The notes below the pieces were generated by a model, which had not been told where the DNA came from, searched no databases, and was given only the letters and a program-made list of their open reading frames with translations. From an uncultured Bacilli bacterium (GTDB lineage Bacteria; Bacillota_I; Bacilli_A; RF39; UBA660): 64,000 bases of DNA. Each line of letters starts with the position of its first letter. Within the stretch, counting starts at the first letter, position 1. The position numbers and the translations under genes are program-made. Shown piece by piece: positions 20,494-30,136 of this stretch. The stretch is taken from positions 6,311-70,310 of the forward strand of contig CANRDD010000001.1 in assembly GCA_947629305.1 (NCBI GenBank). The letters are read 5' to 3'.

Positions 20494-21603
20494 CTAATCT
20501 TTCTTTATTTTAATATTAATATGATATTCGTGAGGTAAATTAGTTTCTTCTACCTTAACTTTATCACTATCTAAATGTAAACCACGAATAGTTTGAATTA
20601 TATTACTTAAAAAATCATCTTTTTCAATAGCTTTATCATCTTTAACAGAAGGGATAATAAAATCATCTAACATTTCAATATTATCACTATTATCTAATGT
20701 TATTTTAACTTCTTCTGGTTCTTGATATATAACTGGTTCTTCTTCCATTTTCATATTAGCAGCTTCATCTTCTAAAAAGTTAAAAAATTTATTTGGCATA
20801 ACTTCTGCAGCATCATACATATCTTTAGGATTTATTATTTTTACTTCTTCTGGTTCTTTAATATCATTATCCAGCAAAGTTTCTTCTTTTTTAACTTCTA
20901 TTGGTTTTATATCTTGGGCATTTTTTAACATTGAAGCAAAATCAATAGCTTCAACAGTTGGCACATCACTTGCCCTATTTTCCTCATTCATCTTTTTTAT
21001 TTCCTCCTCTAAAACACGTACAGTCATTCTTTCATTTATAATTCGATCTAAAAGTTCATTTTGTTTTTTCTCATCTTTAACTTTAAGTAAGCTTCTTGCA
21101 TGTCTTTCACTAATTTTTTCTTGCATAACAGCATCTTGAACTTTTTCACTTAAATTAAGTAAACGTAATTTATTAGAAATAGCGGCTTGCGAAAGTCCCA
21201 TTTTCTTAGCTAATTCTTCTTGGGTCATTCCTTCTTTATCAAGTAAAGTTTTATAAGATCTAGCTTCTTCAATCGCGGACAAATCTTTTCTTTGAATATT
21301 TTCCACGATAGCTACTTCCGCGCTTGTGTTATCATCCATTTCAGTGATAATCGCAGGTACTGATACTAAACCAGCCATAGTCGCAGCTTTATAACGTCTT
21401 TCCCCCGCGATTATTTCGTACTTTTCGCCAACTTTTCTTAAAACAAGTGGTTGAATAATTCCATGTTGTTTAATTGAACTAGCTAATTCTTGTAAAGAAC
21501 TTTCATCAAAAGAAAGCCGAGGTTGAAAACGATTTGGTATTATATCTTCAATCGGCACTTGTATTACTTTTGTATCTTTTTCTTTATTATCCAACTTAAT
21601 CAA
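20494..21603 (-). CDS. ParB/Noc-family chromosome partitioning / nucleoid occlusion protein (ParB N-domain + HTH) with long acidic C-terminal extension; no adjacent parA
   Basis: IPNRFQPR...GIIQPLVLR...YEIIAGERRYKAA (ParB box); HTH MTQEELAKKMGLSQAAISNKLRLL; ISERHARSLL; sits directly after rsmG like noc in B. subtilis. Confidence 0.8.
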   Translation of the reverse strand: MIKLDNKEKDTKVIQVPIEDIIPNRFQPRLSFDESSLQELASSIKQHGIIQPLVLRKVGEKYEIIAGERRYKAATMAGLVSVPAIITEMDDNTSAEVAIVENIQRKDLSAIEEARSYKTLLDKEGMTQEELAKKMGLSQAAISNKLRLLNLSEKVQDAVMQEKISERHARSLLKVKDEKKQNELLDRIINERMTVRVLEEEIKKMNEENRASDVPTVEAIDFASMLKNAQDIKPIEVKKEETLLDNDIKEPEEVKIINPKDMYDAAEVMPNKFFNFLEDEAANMKMEEEPVIYQEPEEVKITLDNSDNIEMLDDFIIPSVKDDKAIEKDDFLSNIIQTIRGLHLDSDKVKVEETNLPHEYHINIKIKKD

Positions 21604-21629
21604 CCCTTTACTTACTTTATAATTTTATC

Positions 21630-22355
21630 TTATTTACCTTTATTTTGCAATGGCTTTTTAATAATTTTTTCATAAGGTCTTAATTCTTTTAAATTAGTTA
21701 ATTTATTTTTTTGAATTAATATTAAAGATCTTGATCCTGCTTCTTCTAAATTAAAATTAATAACCTTTATTAAACTACCATGCATAATAAAAATAGTCTT
21801 ATTTGCTTCCTTTAACTCTTCTTCTGCCATACCTTTCATGGCTAAAAAATAACCATTTTCTTTAACAAGTGGTAAAGATAATTCACTTAAGACGCGCATA
21901 CTAGCAACGGCTCTTGAAACAACCAAATCAAAAGTATTTAAATTATTTTTAGCAAAATTTTCTGCCCTATCATGAACATAATTAATGTTGGTAACTTTTA
22001 ACTTATCCCCAAGGAGTTTTAAAAAAGTAATTTTTTTATTATTAGAATCAAGTAAAGTAACATTTAAATGAGGATAAAATATTTTTAAAACCATTCCTGG
22101 AAAACCTGCTCCAGTTCCTATATCTAATAAATTATTTATTTCTTCTAAATTAATAATTTTAACAATAGTTAAAGAATCATAAAAATGTTTTAAATAAACA
22201 TCATCTTTATTTTTAATAGCAGTTAAATTAGTATGTTCATTATATTCTAAAAGAAAATTAACATATATTTCTAATTTTTCTAATATATCATTATTATATT
22301 TAATATTTAATTCTTCTAGTTTTTCTTTAAATTTATCTATATTAATATTAATCAT
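21630..22355 (-). CDS. rsmG: 16S rRNA (guanine527-N7)-methyltransferase RsmG (GidB)
   Basis: LLDIGTGAGFPGMVLKI SAM motif; 241 aa; conserved mnmG-rsmG order. Confidence 0.85.
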   Translation of the reverse strand: MININIDKFKEKLEELNIKYNNDILEKLEIYVNFLLEYNEHTNLTAIKNKDDVYLKHFYDSLTIVKIINLEEINNLLDIGTGAGFPGMVLKIFYPHLNVTLLDSNNKKITFLKLLGDKLKVTNINYVHDRAENFAKNNLNTFDLVVSRAVASMRVLSELSLPLVKENGYFLAMKGMAEEELKEANKTIFIMHGSLIKVINFNLEEAGSRSLILIQKNKLTNLKELRPYEKIIKKPLQNKGK

Positions 22356-24211
22356 CTCCTATTATATTCTTTTTTTAAATATACTGTTAAAACAGAAATA
22401 TCCGCGGGATTTACTCCACTTATTCTTGATGCTTGAGCTATAGTTTTAGGTTTTACTTTAATTAATTTTTGTTTAGCTTCACTAGCTAAATTATTAACTT
22501 TATTATAATCTATATCCTCTGGTATTTCTTTTTCTTCTAATTTTTTTAATTTTTCAACTTCTTTATAAGCTTTATTTATATAACCAGCATATTTGGTCAT
22601 TATTTCTACTTGTTCTTTAACTTCATTACTATAATCAATATTAATAATAGTACTTAAAAAATTAATACTAATTTCAGGTCTTTTTAATAAATCATAATAA
22701 CTCATATTATTTTTAGGTAAATCTAAATTATTTTCTTTAAATATTTCTTTTAAATTATCATTTATTTTTAAATAATTATTTTTTAAATATTCTTCTAATT
22801 GTTTTATTTGTTCTTTTTTTATTAATAAATTATTATATTGTTCTTTAGTTATTGTGCCTATTTTATAAGCATATTCTCTTAATCTTAAATCAGCATTATC
22901 ATGTCTTAAAAGAAGACGAAACTCAGCTCTAGAAGTAAGCATCCTATAGGGTTCAATTGTTCCTTTCGTAACTAAATCATCAATTAAAACCCCAATATAA
23001 GCATCACTCCTTTTTAAAATAAATTCATCTTTACCCGCGAGTTTTAAAGAAGCATTAATTCCGGCCATAATACCTTGACCCGCGGCTTCTTCATAACCAC
23101 TTGTCCCATTAATTTGGCCTGCTGTATATAAATTAGCTAATATTTTATTTTCTAAACTAGGTTTTATTTGCAAAGGATCAATAGCATCATATTCTATCGC
23201 ATAAGCATATTTAGTAATAATAGCTTTTTCTAAACCTTTTAAACTATGAACCATTTTTTCTTGAACATCTACAGGCATACTTGTTGAAAAACCTTGTAAA
23301 TACCATTCATCATAATAAAGACTTTCAGGTTCTAAAAATAATTGATGTCTTGGTTTATCACTAAAACGAACTATTTTATCTTCAATGGAAGGACAATATC
23401 TAGGACCTATGCCCGTGGCATAACCTCCATACATTGCGGACTTTTCTAAATTATCCCGAATTATTTGATGCGTTACTTCATTTGTATATAGTAAATAACA
23501 AGAATGTTGGTTATGAACATCATAACTTGGTTTATTATCTAAACTAAATGTCCAAGGGGTTAAATCCCCTTTTTCTTCTTGCATCTTTGTAAAGTCAATA
23601 GATGAAGCCTTTATCCTTTGAGGTGTTCCTGTTTTAAGACGAATAATTTTTAAACCATAATCTTTTAGACAATCCGATAAATTATCACATCTTTTTTCCC
23701 CATGTGGACCTGATGGTGTATTTGTTGAACCTACCAAAATATTGCCTTTTAAATAAGTTCCTGTGGTAAGAATAACAGCCTTAGCCATAATTTTTTCCCC
23801 AAGTTTGGTTATAACCCCTTTAACCATATTATTTTCAACAATTAAATCTTCCACCATCGCTTCTTTAATTGTTAAATTTTCCGTATTTTTTAAAGCTTCT
23901 TGCATCTTTTTAGGATAAGTTATTTTATCAGCTTGACATCTTAAAGACCGAACAGCTGGTCCTTTGGAATTATTTAACATCTTAATTTGTAAATGACTAA
24001 CGTCAGCAATTTTCCCCATCAAACCACCTAAAGCATCAACTTCTCTAACAATAATTCCTTTAGCTGTACCTCCAATGGAAGGATTACATGGCATATCACC
24101 TATATTATTTAAATTACTACTTATAAGTAAAGTCTTATTTCCAAGAACCGCGGCTATATGTGATGCTTCAATTCCAGCATGTCCTCCTCCAACAACAATA
24201 ATATCATACAT
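22352..24211 (-). CDS. mnmG: tRNA uridine 5-carboxymethylaminomethyl modification enzyme MnmG (GidA)
   Basis: N-terminal FAD motif MYDIIVVGGGHAGIEAS; 619 aa; conserved core. Confidence 0.95.
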   Translation of the reverse strand: MYDIIVVGGGHAGIEASHIAAVLGNKTLLISSNLNNIGDMPCNPSIGGTAKGIIVREVDALGGLMGKIADVSHLQIKMLNNSKGPAVRSLRCQADKITYPKKMQEALKNTENLTIKEAMVEDLIVENNMVKGVITKLGEKIMAKAVILTTGTYLKGNILVGSTNTPSGPHGEKRCDNLSDCLKDYGLKIIRLKTGTPQRIKASSIDFTKMQEEKGDLTPWTFSLDNKPSYDVHNQHSCYLLYTNEVTHQIIRDNLEKSAMYGGYATGIGPRYCPSIEDKIVRFSDKPRHQLFLEPESLYYDEWYLQGFSTSMPVDVQEKMVHSLKGLEKAIITKYAYAIEYDAIDPLQIKPSLENKILANLYTAGQINGTSGYEEAAGQGIMAGINASLKLAGKDEFILKRSDAYIGVLIDDLVTKGTIEPYRMLTSRAEFRLLLRHDNADLRLREYAYKIGTITKEQYNNLLIKKEQIKQLEEYLKNNYLKINDNLKEIFKENNLDLPKNNMSYYDLLKRPEISINFLSTIINIDYSNEVKEQVEIMTKYAGYINKAYKEVEKLKKLEEKEIPEDIDYNKVNNLASEAKQKLIKVKPKTIAQASRISGVNPADISVLTVYLKKEYNRR

Positions 24212-24221
24212 ACTTTTTCCC

Positions 24222-25577
24222 TTACTTTCCTAAACAAAAATTACTAAATATATTATCAACAAGTTCATCAGTATAAGCATCCCCGATTAATTCTCCTAAT
24301 ATATTCCAAGCTTCTTTAATATTTATTTCAATTATATCAATGGGCATATTTTCTAAATAAGCTTTATTAGCATTATTTATTTCTTCTAAAGCTTTATTAA
24401 TTAAATCTATTTGTCTAACATTAGTTAAATAAGCCATATCATTATAAATAATATCTCCTAAATTATATTTATCTATTATTTTTTCTTTTAACTTATCTAA
24501 TCCATCTAAATCTATAGTATTACCTAAAACATAATCATAATCTTTTAATTCATCTAAATTAATTTTTAATTCTAAATCATTTTTATTAATAACAATAATT
24601 AATTTATTTTTATCAATACTTTTTATTAATTCTTTTTCTTCTTCTTTTATTAATTCATTATAATTTAATACTAATAATATTAAATCTGCTTCCTTAAGTA
24701 TTTTCTTACTTTTATTAACACCTATTTGTTCCACGATATCATTTGTTTCTCTAATACCCGCGGTATCAATAAAATTAAGCATTATACCATTTAAAGTTAT
24801 ACTTCCTTCTACAATATCTCTTGTTGTTCCAGGAATATCTGTTACAATAGCTTTTTCTTCATCTAATAAATAATTTAAGATACTACTTTTACCTACATTA
24901 GGACTTCCTACGATAGCTACATTTAAACCATTTTTTATAATACGACCATTTTGACTACCATTTACAATATTTTTTAAATTAATAGTTATATCCTTTAAAT
25001 AATCTTCCATTAATTCATGGGTTACTTCTACTTCATCTTCATATTCAGGATAATCAATATTTACTTCAATATTAGCTAAAATCTTAGCCATTTTATCCCG
25101 AAGATTACGTATTTTTTTAGTTAATAAACCATCGACATTATTAATAGCTAGACTTCTAGCTGCATCTGTTTTAGCATTAATTAAATCATTTACTGCTTCG
25201 GCTTCAAGTAAACTAATTCGGCCATTTAAAAAAGCTCTCTTGGTAAATTCTCCAGCCTCAGCCATCCGACAGCCATTTTTAAGTAATAATTCTAATACTT
25301 TTTGCGTTGTTTTAATTCCTCCATGACAATTGATTTCCACGGTATCCTCTTTGGTATAAGTTTTAGGAGATCTCATAACATTAACTAAAACTTCATCAAT
25401 TACTTCATCATTATCTTTTATATGGCCATATAAAATAGTATGACTAGGTGTATTTAATAAATTTTTATTAGTAAAAATTTTAGCCACATTAAAAATAGCC
25501 TCAGATCCACTTACTCTGATTATCGAAATAGCTTGCGCCGTCAATGCTGTAGCTATAGCCACGATCGTATCATCCAT
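24222..25577 (-). CDS. mnmE: tRNA modification GTPase MnmE (TrmE)
   Basis: G-domain GSPNVGKSS, DTAGIRE, NKNDL; C-terminal CLGK; 451 aa. Confidence 0.95.
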   Translation of the reverse strand: MDDTIVAIATALTAQAISIIRVSGSEAIFNVAKIFTNKNLLNTPSHTILYGHIKDNDEVIDEVLVNVMRSPKTYTKEDTVEINCHGGIKTTQKVLELLLKNGCRMAEAGEFTKRAFLNGRISLLEAEAVNDLINAKTDAARSLAINNVDGLLTKKIRNLRDKMAKILANIEVNIDYPEYEDEVEVTHELMEDYLKDITINLKNIVNGSQNGRIIKNGLNVAIVGSPNVGKSSILNYLLDEEKAIVTDIPGTTRDIVEGSITLNGIMLNFIDTAGIRETNDIVEQIGVNKSKKILKEADLILLVLNYNELIKEEEKELIKSIDKNKLIIVINKNDLELKINLDELKDYDYVLGNTIDLDGLDKLKEKIIDKYNLGDIIYNDMAYLTNVRQIDLINKALEEINNANKAYLENMPIDIIEINIKEAWNILGELIGDAYTDELVDNIFSNFCLGK

Positions 25578-25624
25578 GAAAATCTTTCCTTTCTGAACTA
25601 ACGCAAGTATTATAGCATTATTTT

Positions 25625-25957
25625 TTATTTTATTAAAGCATCAATATATCCATCTAATTTTAACTTATTTTCTTTTGTTAATAACTTATATCTATTTAAT
25701 AAATCTATTTCTTCTTGATCTAATTTAGAATCATTTAAAAATCTTGTTGGTACAGAATTATCAGTTAAACCTAAAAGATAATCTGTACTTGTATCTAAAA
25801 ATTTAGCAAGTTCAATTAATGTTTGGGCACTAGGATAAGCTTTACCTGATTCATAGGAACTTATCATTTCTTGGGAAACACCAACATTTATAGCTACATT
25901 TAATTGATTACGTTTTCTTTTTTCTCTAATGTTTTTTAAATTTTCCATAGTTATCAT
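25625..25957 (-). CDS. XRE-family helix-turn-helix transcriptional regulator
   Basis: LNVAINVGVSQEMISSYESGKAYPSAQTLIELAKFL HTH_3 signature; 110 aa. Confidence 0.75.
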   Translation of the reverse strand: MITMENLKNIREKRKRNQLNVAINVGVSQEMISSYESGKAYPSAQTLIELAKFLDTSTDYLLGLTDNSVPTRFLNDSKLDQEEIDLLNRYKLLTKENKLKLDGYIDALIK

Positions 25958-25991
25958 TCATCTTTTCTATTTCTAATTTTATAACAATAAC

Positions 25992-26020
25992 TTGTATTTT
26001 TTATAATTATAACTTATAAT
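25992..26020 (+). promoter_or_regulatory. Sigma-A type promoter (TTGTAT-17-TATAAT), copy 1 of a duplicated ~35-bp promoter element
   Basis: ttgtat 25992-25997, 17-nt spacer, tataat 26015-26020; RBS taggaga and ATG at 26055 follow; near-identical copy at 26920-26948. Confidence 0.6.
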
Positions 26021-26054
26021 TTAATATAAGAATAAATTGTATAGGAGAATGATA

Positions 26055-26750
26055 ATGAAAAAATTAGGTATTTTAACTATTTTCTTATTTTTAATAATTA
26101 TAAATATAACTTATAATTATAATCAAAATAAAGAAATACTAGTAGGAGAAAAAGAAGCAAAAATTGAAGAAACTAATAGTTCTATTGCTATAATGTTACA
26201 AAATGAAGAAGGAGAATATATTAAATCAACGGATAATGAATGGCCAAAGGATGGTTATACCTTTAATGAAACATATTCTAGTTGTGAAAATGGTAGTAAA
26301 CTTTCATGGAATATAAAAACTGGAGAAATAACCTTAATAAGTAATATTAGTGATAAATGTTATGTTTATTTTGATAAAAAGAAAAATGAACCTTTAGAAA
26401 TAGAAAATGTTGAAGTTGATAATAAAAGTACATATAATACTGTAAAACTAACTGTTAAGGCAACAGGTGGAACAGGAAAAATTAGTTATTCAGTTGAAAA
26501 TACTTGTACTAGATGTAATGACTCTGTAGATAGTTGTGGATATGATTCAACTAATGGAGACATTTCAATTAATAATAATATTATTACTATTAATAATTTA
26601 AATAGTTGTTATACACATAGTTTTACTGTTAAAGCTCAAGACGAGGTTGGCGCCATAGTTACTTCTCAAGTGTCAGATATTAGTGTTTCTAGTTATGCTT
26701 TATCAGAACCATGTGCTCCATGTGGTGTGGATCCTAGTACTAAAAATTGA
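26055..26750 (+). CDS. Hypothetical secreted/membrane-anchored Cys-rich protein
   Basis: N-terminal hydrophobic segment KKLGILTIFLFLIIINIT; start chosen at third in-frame ATG (26055) with RBS aggaga; ends at TGA followed by ~55 stop-free codons interrupted only by a second TGA. Confidence 0.5.
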   Translation: MKKLGILTIFLFLIIINITYNYNQNKEILVGEKEAKIEETNSSIAIMLQNEEGEYIKSTDNEWPKDGYTFNETYSSCENGSKLSWNIKTGEITLISNISDKCYVYFDKKKNEPLEIENVEVDNKSTYNTVKLTVKATGGTGKISYSVENTCTRCNDSVDSCGYDSTNGDISINNNIITINNLNSCYTHSFTVKAQDEVGAIVTSQVSDISVSSYALSEPCAPCGVDPSTKN

Positions 26751-26919
26751 AATCTTCCAAGTTTATGTCCTTCATGCAATACTGAAGTTGGTGGTTCTGG
26801 TTCTAGTTCTACTGATTTTAATTGATTAATTAGAAAAACTAAAATTATTAGAGAATATAATATTTCTGATATTTGTCTATTCTTTTCATTTGATATTTTC
26901 TTGGATAAAGCATTATAAC

Positions 26920-26948
26920 TTGTATTTTTTATAATTATACTTTATAAT
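26920..26948 (+). promoter_or_regulatory. Sigma-A type promoter (TTGTAT-17-TATAAT), copy 2 of duplicated element
   Basis: ttgtat 26920-26925, 17-nt spacer, tataat 26943-26948; 33/35 identical to the 25987-26021 element; RBS aagagg and ATG 26982 follow. Confidence 0.6.
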
Positions 26949-26981
26949 TTTGTTATAATAATTATAAAATAAGAGGTTAAA

Positions 26982-27620
26982 ATGAAAAAGAAAAGTTTAT
27001 TAATCATATTATTTAGTTTAATAATTATAATTGGAGGTCTTTTAGTTAGTAAAGCAGCCTATTCTTTTCTTGGTCCTAAAATAGATCAAGATTTAATTCA
27101 AAAAGGTGTTATTGTTAATACTGAAGGTACCTTAATCTTTGTTCCTGGTGATGATTTAAATTTAAATCCATCTATTGATAATTTTAATTCTACGACCAAA
27201 AATTTAGTTAGTAGTACTAAACCTAAAGTAATATTTTTAAAAAATGAAAAAGAACCAGATAAAACAAGTGAAAATTATTATGTTGGTTTTCGAATAAATA
27301 ATAATAGTTATAAATATACAACAGATAATGAAACTCCAGAAGTAATATTAAGTATTATGGATGAAAATAATAATTATATTAATTCTATTAATAATTTAAA
27401 ATATATTGAAGAATATAATGGCTTTGATATAACTAATAAAAAAGATTTATATGATATAAATTTAAGTAAAGAAATAAGTTTACAAAATAATAAAACATCA
27501 GCAATACATAATTGGACTTTTACATTAACTTTTGTTAATTTAAAAACTGATCAATCATTAAATGAAACAGCTGAATTAGATATTGATTTATTATTTTTAG
27601 ATGAAAAACCAACTGTATAA
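26982..27620 (+). CDS. Hypothetical secreted protein (signal peptide/TM anchor)
   Basis: N-terminal MKKKSLLIILFSLIIIIGGLLVSKAAYS; no recognisable domain. Confidence 0.5.
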   Translation: MKKKSLLIILFSLIIIIGGLLVSKAAYSFLGPKIDQDLIQKGVIVNTEGTLIFVPGDDLNLNPSIDNFNSTTKNLVSSTKPKVIFLKNEKEPDKTSENYYVGFRINNNSYKYTTDNETPEVILSIMDENNNYINSINNLKYIEEYNGFDITNKKDLYDINLSKEISLQNNKTSAIHNWTFTLTFVNLKTDQSLNETAELDIDLLFLDEKPTV

Positions 27621-27650
27621 AAAAACAGAAATATTAAATTCTGTTTTTAT
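27621..27650. terminator. Bidirectional rho-independent terminator between convergent genes
   Basis: aaaaaACAGAAatattaaaTTCTGTttttt: 7-bp stem, 8-nt loop, A-run on the left and T-run on the right. Confidence 0.6.
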
Positions 27651-28252
27651 ATTGGTTTAATAACTACATGTCTATTAGGTTCTTCCCCTTCACTCTCAGT
27701 TTTAACCCCTTTAAAATTAGTTAAACAATTATGAATTATTCTTCTTTCATAACTAGTCATATTATCTAATTTTATTTCCATTTTTGTTTTAACTACTTCT
27801 TTAGCTAATTGAATAGCCATTCTTTCTAAATTCTTTTCTTTTTTAGCTTTATAATTTTCTACATCTAAACTAATTTTATAACGTATACCATATTTTACTT
27901 GAAGCATTTGTCTAACTAAAGCTTCTAAAGCTTTAATAGTACCTCCATTTTTACCTATTAAAATTGGATTATTATTAGAATACATTTTAATAACAGTTCT
28001 ATCTTCATTAATACTAACTTCAAAATTAACTTCTAAATCCCAATAATGTAATATATTATTTAAATATTCTTTTATTTCTTCAATAATATCTTTTTTTAAA
28101 TATAAACTAACTTCTACAATAGATCCTTGAAATAATTTACCTTTCTTTAATGTATGTGTATATACTACATCATCTAATTTTAAATTATTTTCTTCTAATA
28201 AACTATTTAATACTGTTTCTAATTCTTTTCCTTCCTTAGTTATTTTTTCCAT
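27647..28252 (-). CDS. jag: Jag/KhpB RNA-binding protein (KH + R3H domains)
   Basis: KH GXXG (IGKNGGTIKAL); R3H (SYERRIIHNCLTNF...EGEEPNRHVVI); conserved yidC-jag pairing. Confidence 0.85.
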   Translation of the reverse strand: MEKITKEGKELETVLNSLLEENNLKLDDVVYTHTLKKGKLFQGSIVEVSLYLKKDIIEEIKEYLNNILHYWDLEVNFEVSINEDRTVIKMYSNNNPILIGKNGGTIKALEALVRQMLQVKYGIRYKISLDVENYKAKKEKNLERMAIQLAKEVVKTKMEIKLDNMTSYERRIIHNCLTNFKGVKTESEGEEPNRHVVIKPI

Positions 28253-29279
28253 ACTTCATACCTTCTTTCTTTGCTAATTTATCTTTAATCTTTTCCTTTT
28301 TATTCTTTTTATTTGAAATTCTAAATGAACGATTATTAATATAATTTAAGATAATATTTTGAATAGCAATAAAGGCATAAGTAATAATCCAGTAGAAAGC
28401 TAAGGCAATTGGTAATGATAAAGAAGCATAAACAATAACCACTAACATGACATATAACATTATTTTCATTTGTTTTTCCGCTTCTTCATTACCACTTGGA
28501 GTTTGATTCATTGTTTGTTTAAATGATAAATATGTTGATACACCTATTAATACTAATATTAATAAATACCAATAATTACCTTGACCTATTCCTTTGGAAG
28601 GACTCATTCCTAAATTTAAACCAAATAATGTTTCTTCATATATTGCTGGTAATCTATATATTGCTTGTAAAAAAGCAAAGAATAAAGGTAATTGTAAGAA
28701 TGATAATAAACAACCTAACATAGGATTTACTTTATATTTTTTATATATAAGCATCATTTCTTGACTTTTAGCCATTAATGAATCATTATCTGTTTTATTT
28801 TGATATTTTCTTTCTAATCTTTCTAATTCTGGTTGGGCTTTTTTCATATTTTGAGTTTGATTATTACTTTTAATTGTAAATGGTAATAATATTAATCTTA
28901 TAGCTAAACCTATTAATATTAAAGATATACCATAGTTATGAACTAGATCACCTAATTTTAATATTAAATAAGCTAAAGGTTTAACAAATAAAAATTCCCA
29001 TAAACCTGAACTTTCATTAGAATTAATTTTATAACTTGTACATGCTGGTAAATCATTAAATTCTATATCTAATTCTTTGCCATATTCTTCATATAATTTA
29101 TATAAATCACCATCTTTATCTGGTAAACATAATATATCTTTTCTTATTAATTGACCTGTTTGTTCTTGAATAACAAATTCTTTATCATTATCTTTTTGTT
29201 TAATATATTTGGAATTACCACATCCTGATGTTAAAAGAATCATGATACTAAGTAAACAAACCATTACTTTCTTTTTCAT
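28236..29279 (-). CDS. yidC: Membrane protein insertase YidC/SpoIIIJ (lipoprotein type)
   Basis: Lipobox LLTSGC at N-terminus; multi-TM region with YidC-like conserved core (NPMLGCLLSFLQLPLFFAF); Lys-rich tail; position after rnpA. Confidence 0.85.
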   Translation of the reverse strand: MKKKVMVCLLSIMILLTSGCGNSKYIKQKDNDKEFVIQEQTGQLIRKDILCLPDKDGDLYKLYEEYGKELDIEFNDLPACTSYKINSNESSGLWEFLFVKPLAYLILKLGDLVHNYGISLILIGLAIRLILLPFTIKSNNQTQNMKKAQPELERLERKYQNKTDNDSLMAKSQEMMLIYKKYKVNPMLGCLLSFLQLPLFFAFLQAIYRLPAIYEETLFGLNLGMSPSKGIGQGNYWYLLILVLIGVSTYLSFKQTMNQTPSGNEEAEKQMKIMLYVMLVVIVYASLSLPIALAFYWIITYAFIAIQNIILNYINNRSFRISNKKNKKEKIKDKLAKKEGMKYGKNN

Positions 29280-29280
29280 C

Positions 29281-29607
29281 TTAATTATCCTTTCTTAAAA
29301 TATTTACTAAATCTTCTTCTAAATCTTTAAACTTTACCCCATTTGCTTCTCTCTTAATTATTATAATATAATTATAGTTATTTTTAAATAGTAACTTGTG
29401 TTTATCAACAATATTTCTAACTCTTCTTTTAAATTTATTTCTTTCAACAGCATTACCTAAACTTTTCCCAACAGCAAGACCAAAATGAGGTTTTTCTTCT
29501 TCTTTTTCTAAAGAAAATAGAAGAAAATACTTTCCTTTTCTTTTTATTCCTTTATTAATTATTTTATTAAAATCTTCATGTTTTTTAACCATTTCTGTTC
29601 TTTTCAT
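29281..29607 (-). CDS. rnpA: Ribonuclease P protein component
   Basis: KYFLLFSL...HFGLAVGKSLGNAVERNKFKRRVRN; 108 aa; follows rpmH. Confidence 0.85.
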   Translation of the reverse strand: MKRTEMVKKHEDFNKIINKGIKRKGKYFLLFSLEKEEEKPHFGLAVGKSLGNAVERNKFKRRVRNIVDKHKLLFKNNYNYIIIIKREANGVKFKDLEEDLVNILRKDN

Positions 29608-29623
29608 AACAATTACCTTTTTT

Positions 29624-29646
29624 TAAAAAAACCACTGTTAAAGTGG
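29624..29646 (-). terminator. Possible attenuator/terminator hairpin between rpmH and rnpA
   Basis: On minus strand CCACTttaacAGTGG followed by TTTTTTTT; short 5-bp stem. Confidence 0.3.
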
Positions 29647-29651
29647 CTTCA

Positions 29652-29774
29652 TTATTTGCAAAGTCTTTTACGACCTTTTTTGCGACGTGCGTTTAAAACA
29701 TCTGTTCCTTTACGAGCAAAAAAACCATGAGTTTTTGCTTGTTTTCTTTTATTAGGTTGATAAGTTCTTTTCAT
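29652..29774 (-). CDS. rpmH: 50S ribosomal protein L34
   Basis: Manual translation of minus strand: [40 protein letters not shown]; missing from ORF track because of short length. Confidence 0.9.
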   Translation of the reverse strand: MKRTYQPNKRKQAKTHGFFARKGTDVLNARRKKGRKRLCK

Positions 29775-29889
29775 TTTATAATTCTCCTCTTTCTCTTTAA
29801 GCGTTATTAATATATCATTAACTAGTCCTAAAAGTCAAGTTAAATTGGTTTATTTTATTAATATATAATAAGGATAAAAAGGTATTATT

Positions 29890-30070
29890 GGGGATTGTGG
29901 ATAAAATGTGGATAACTATCAACACAATTAACAACATTAAACCAACAACATGTTTATAACTTATGGCATATGGGGATACTGTTAGTTTAACAATTGGGGA
30001 TTTTGTTGATATATGGCTTTTTTTAAGCTTTTAAGGCTAATTCAATTGGGGATAACTCTGGGGATAATTA
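29890..30070. promoter_or_regulatory. oriC DnaA-box cluster upstream of dnaA
   Basis: Two perfect TGTGGATAA boxes (29896-29904, 29907-29915) plus degenerate boxes tGGGGATAc (29971), tGGGGATAA (30047, 30060) in the rpmH-dnaA intergenic region. Confidence 0.8.
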
Positions 30071-30136
30071 TTTTTATCAATTTTTTCTTTTCTTTTTAAA
30101 AATTTTATATTACAATTTATATAGACAGGTAGTGGG

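Noticed and set aside
29775-30136. Looked for a tRNA or rRNA gene in the rpmH-dnaA gap and other intergenic regions
   Set aside because: No cloverleaf-compatible segments or GTTCGAATC-type T-arm motifs were seen. The gap is explained by DnaA boxes (oriC).
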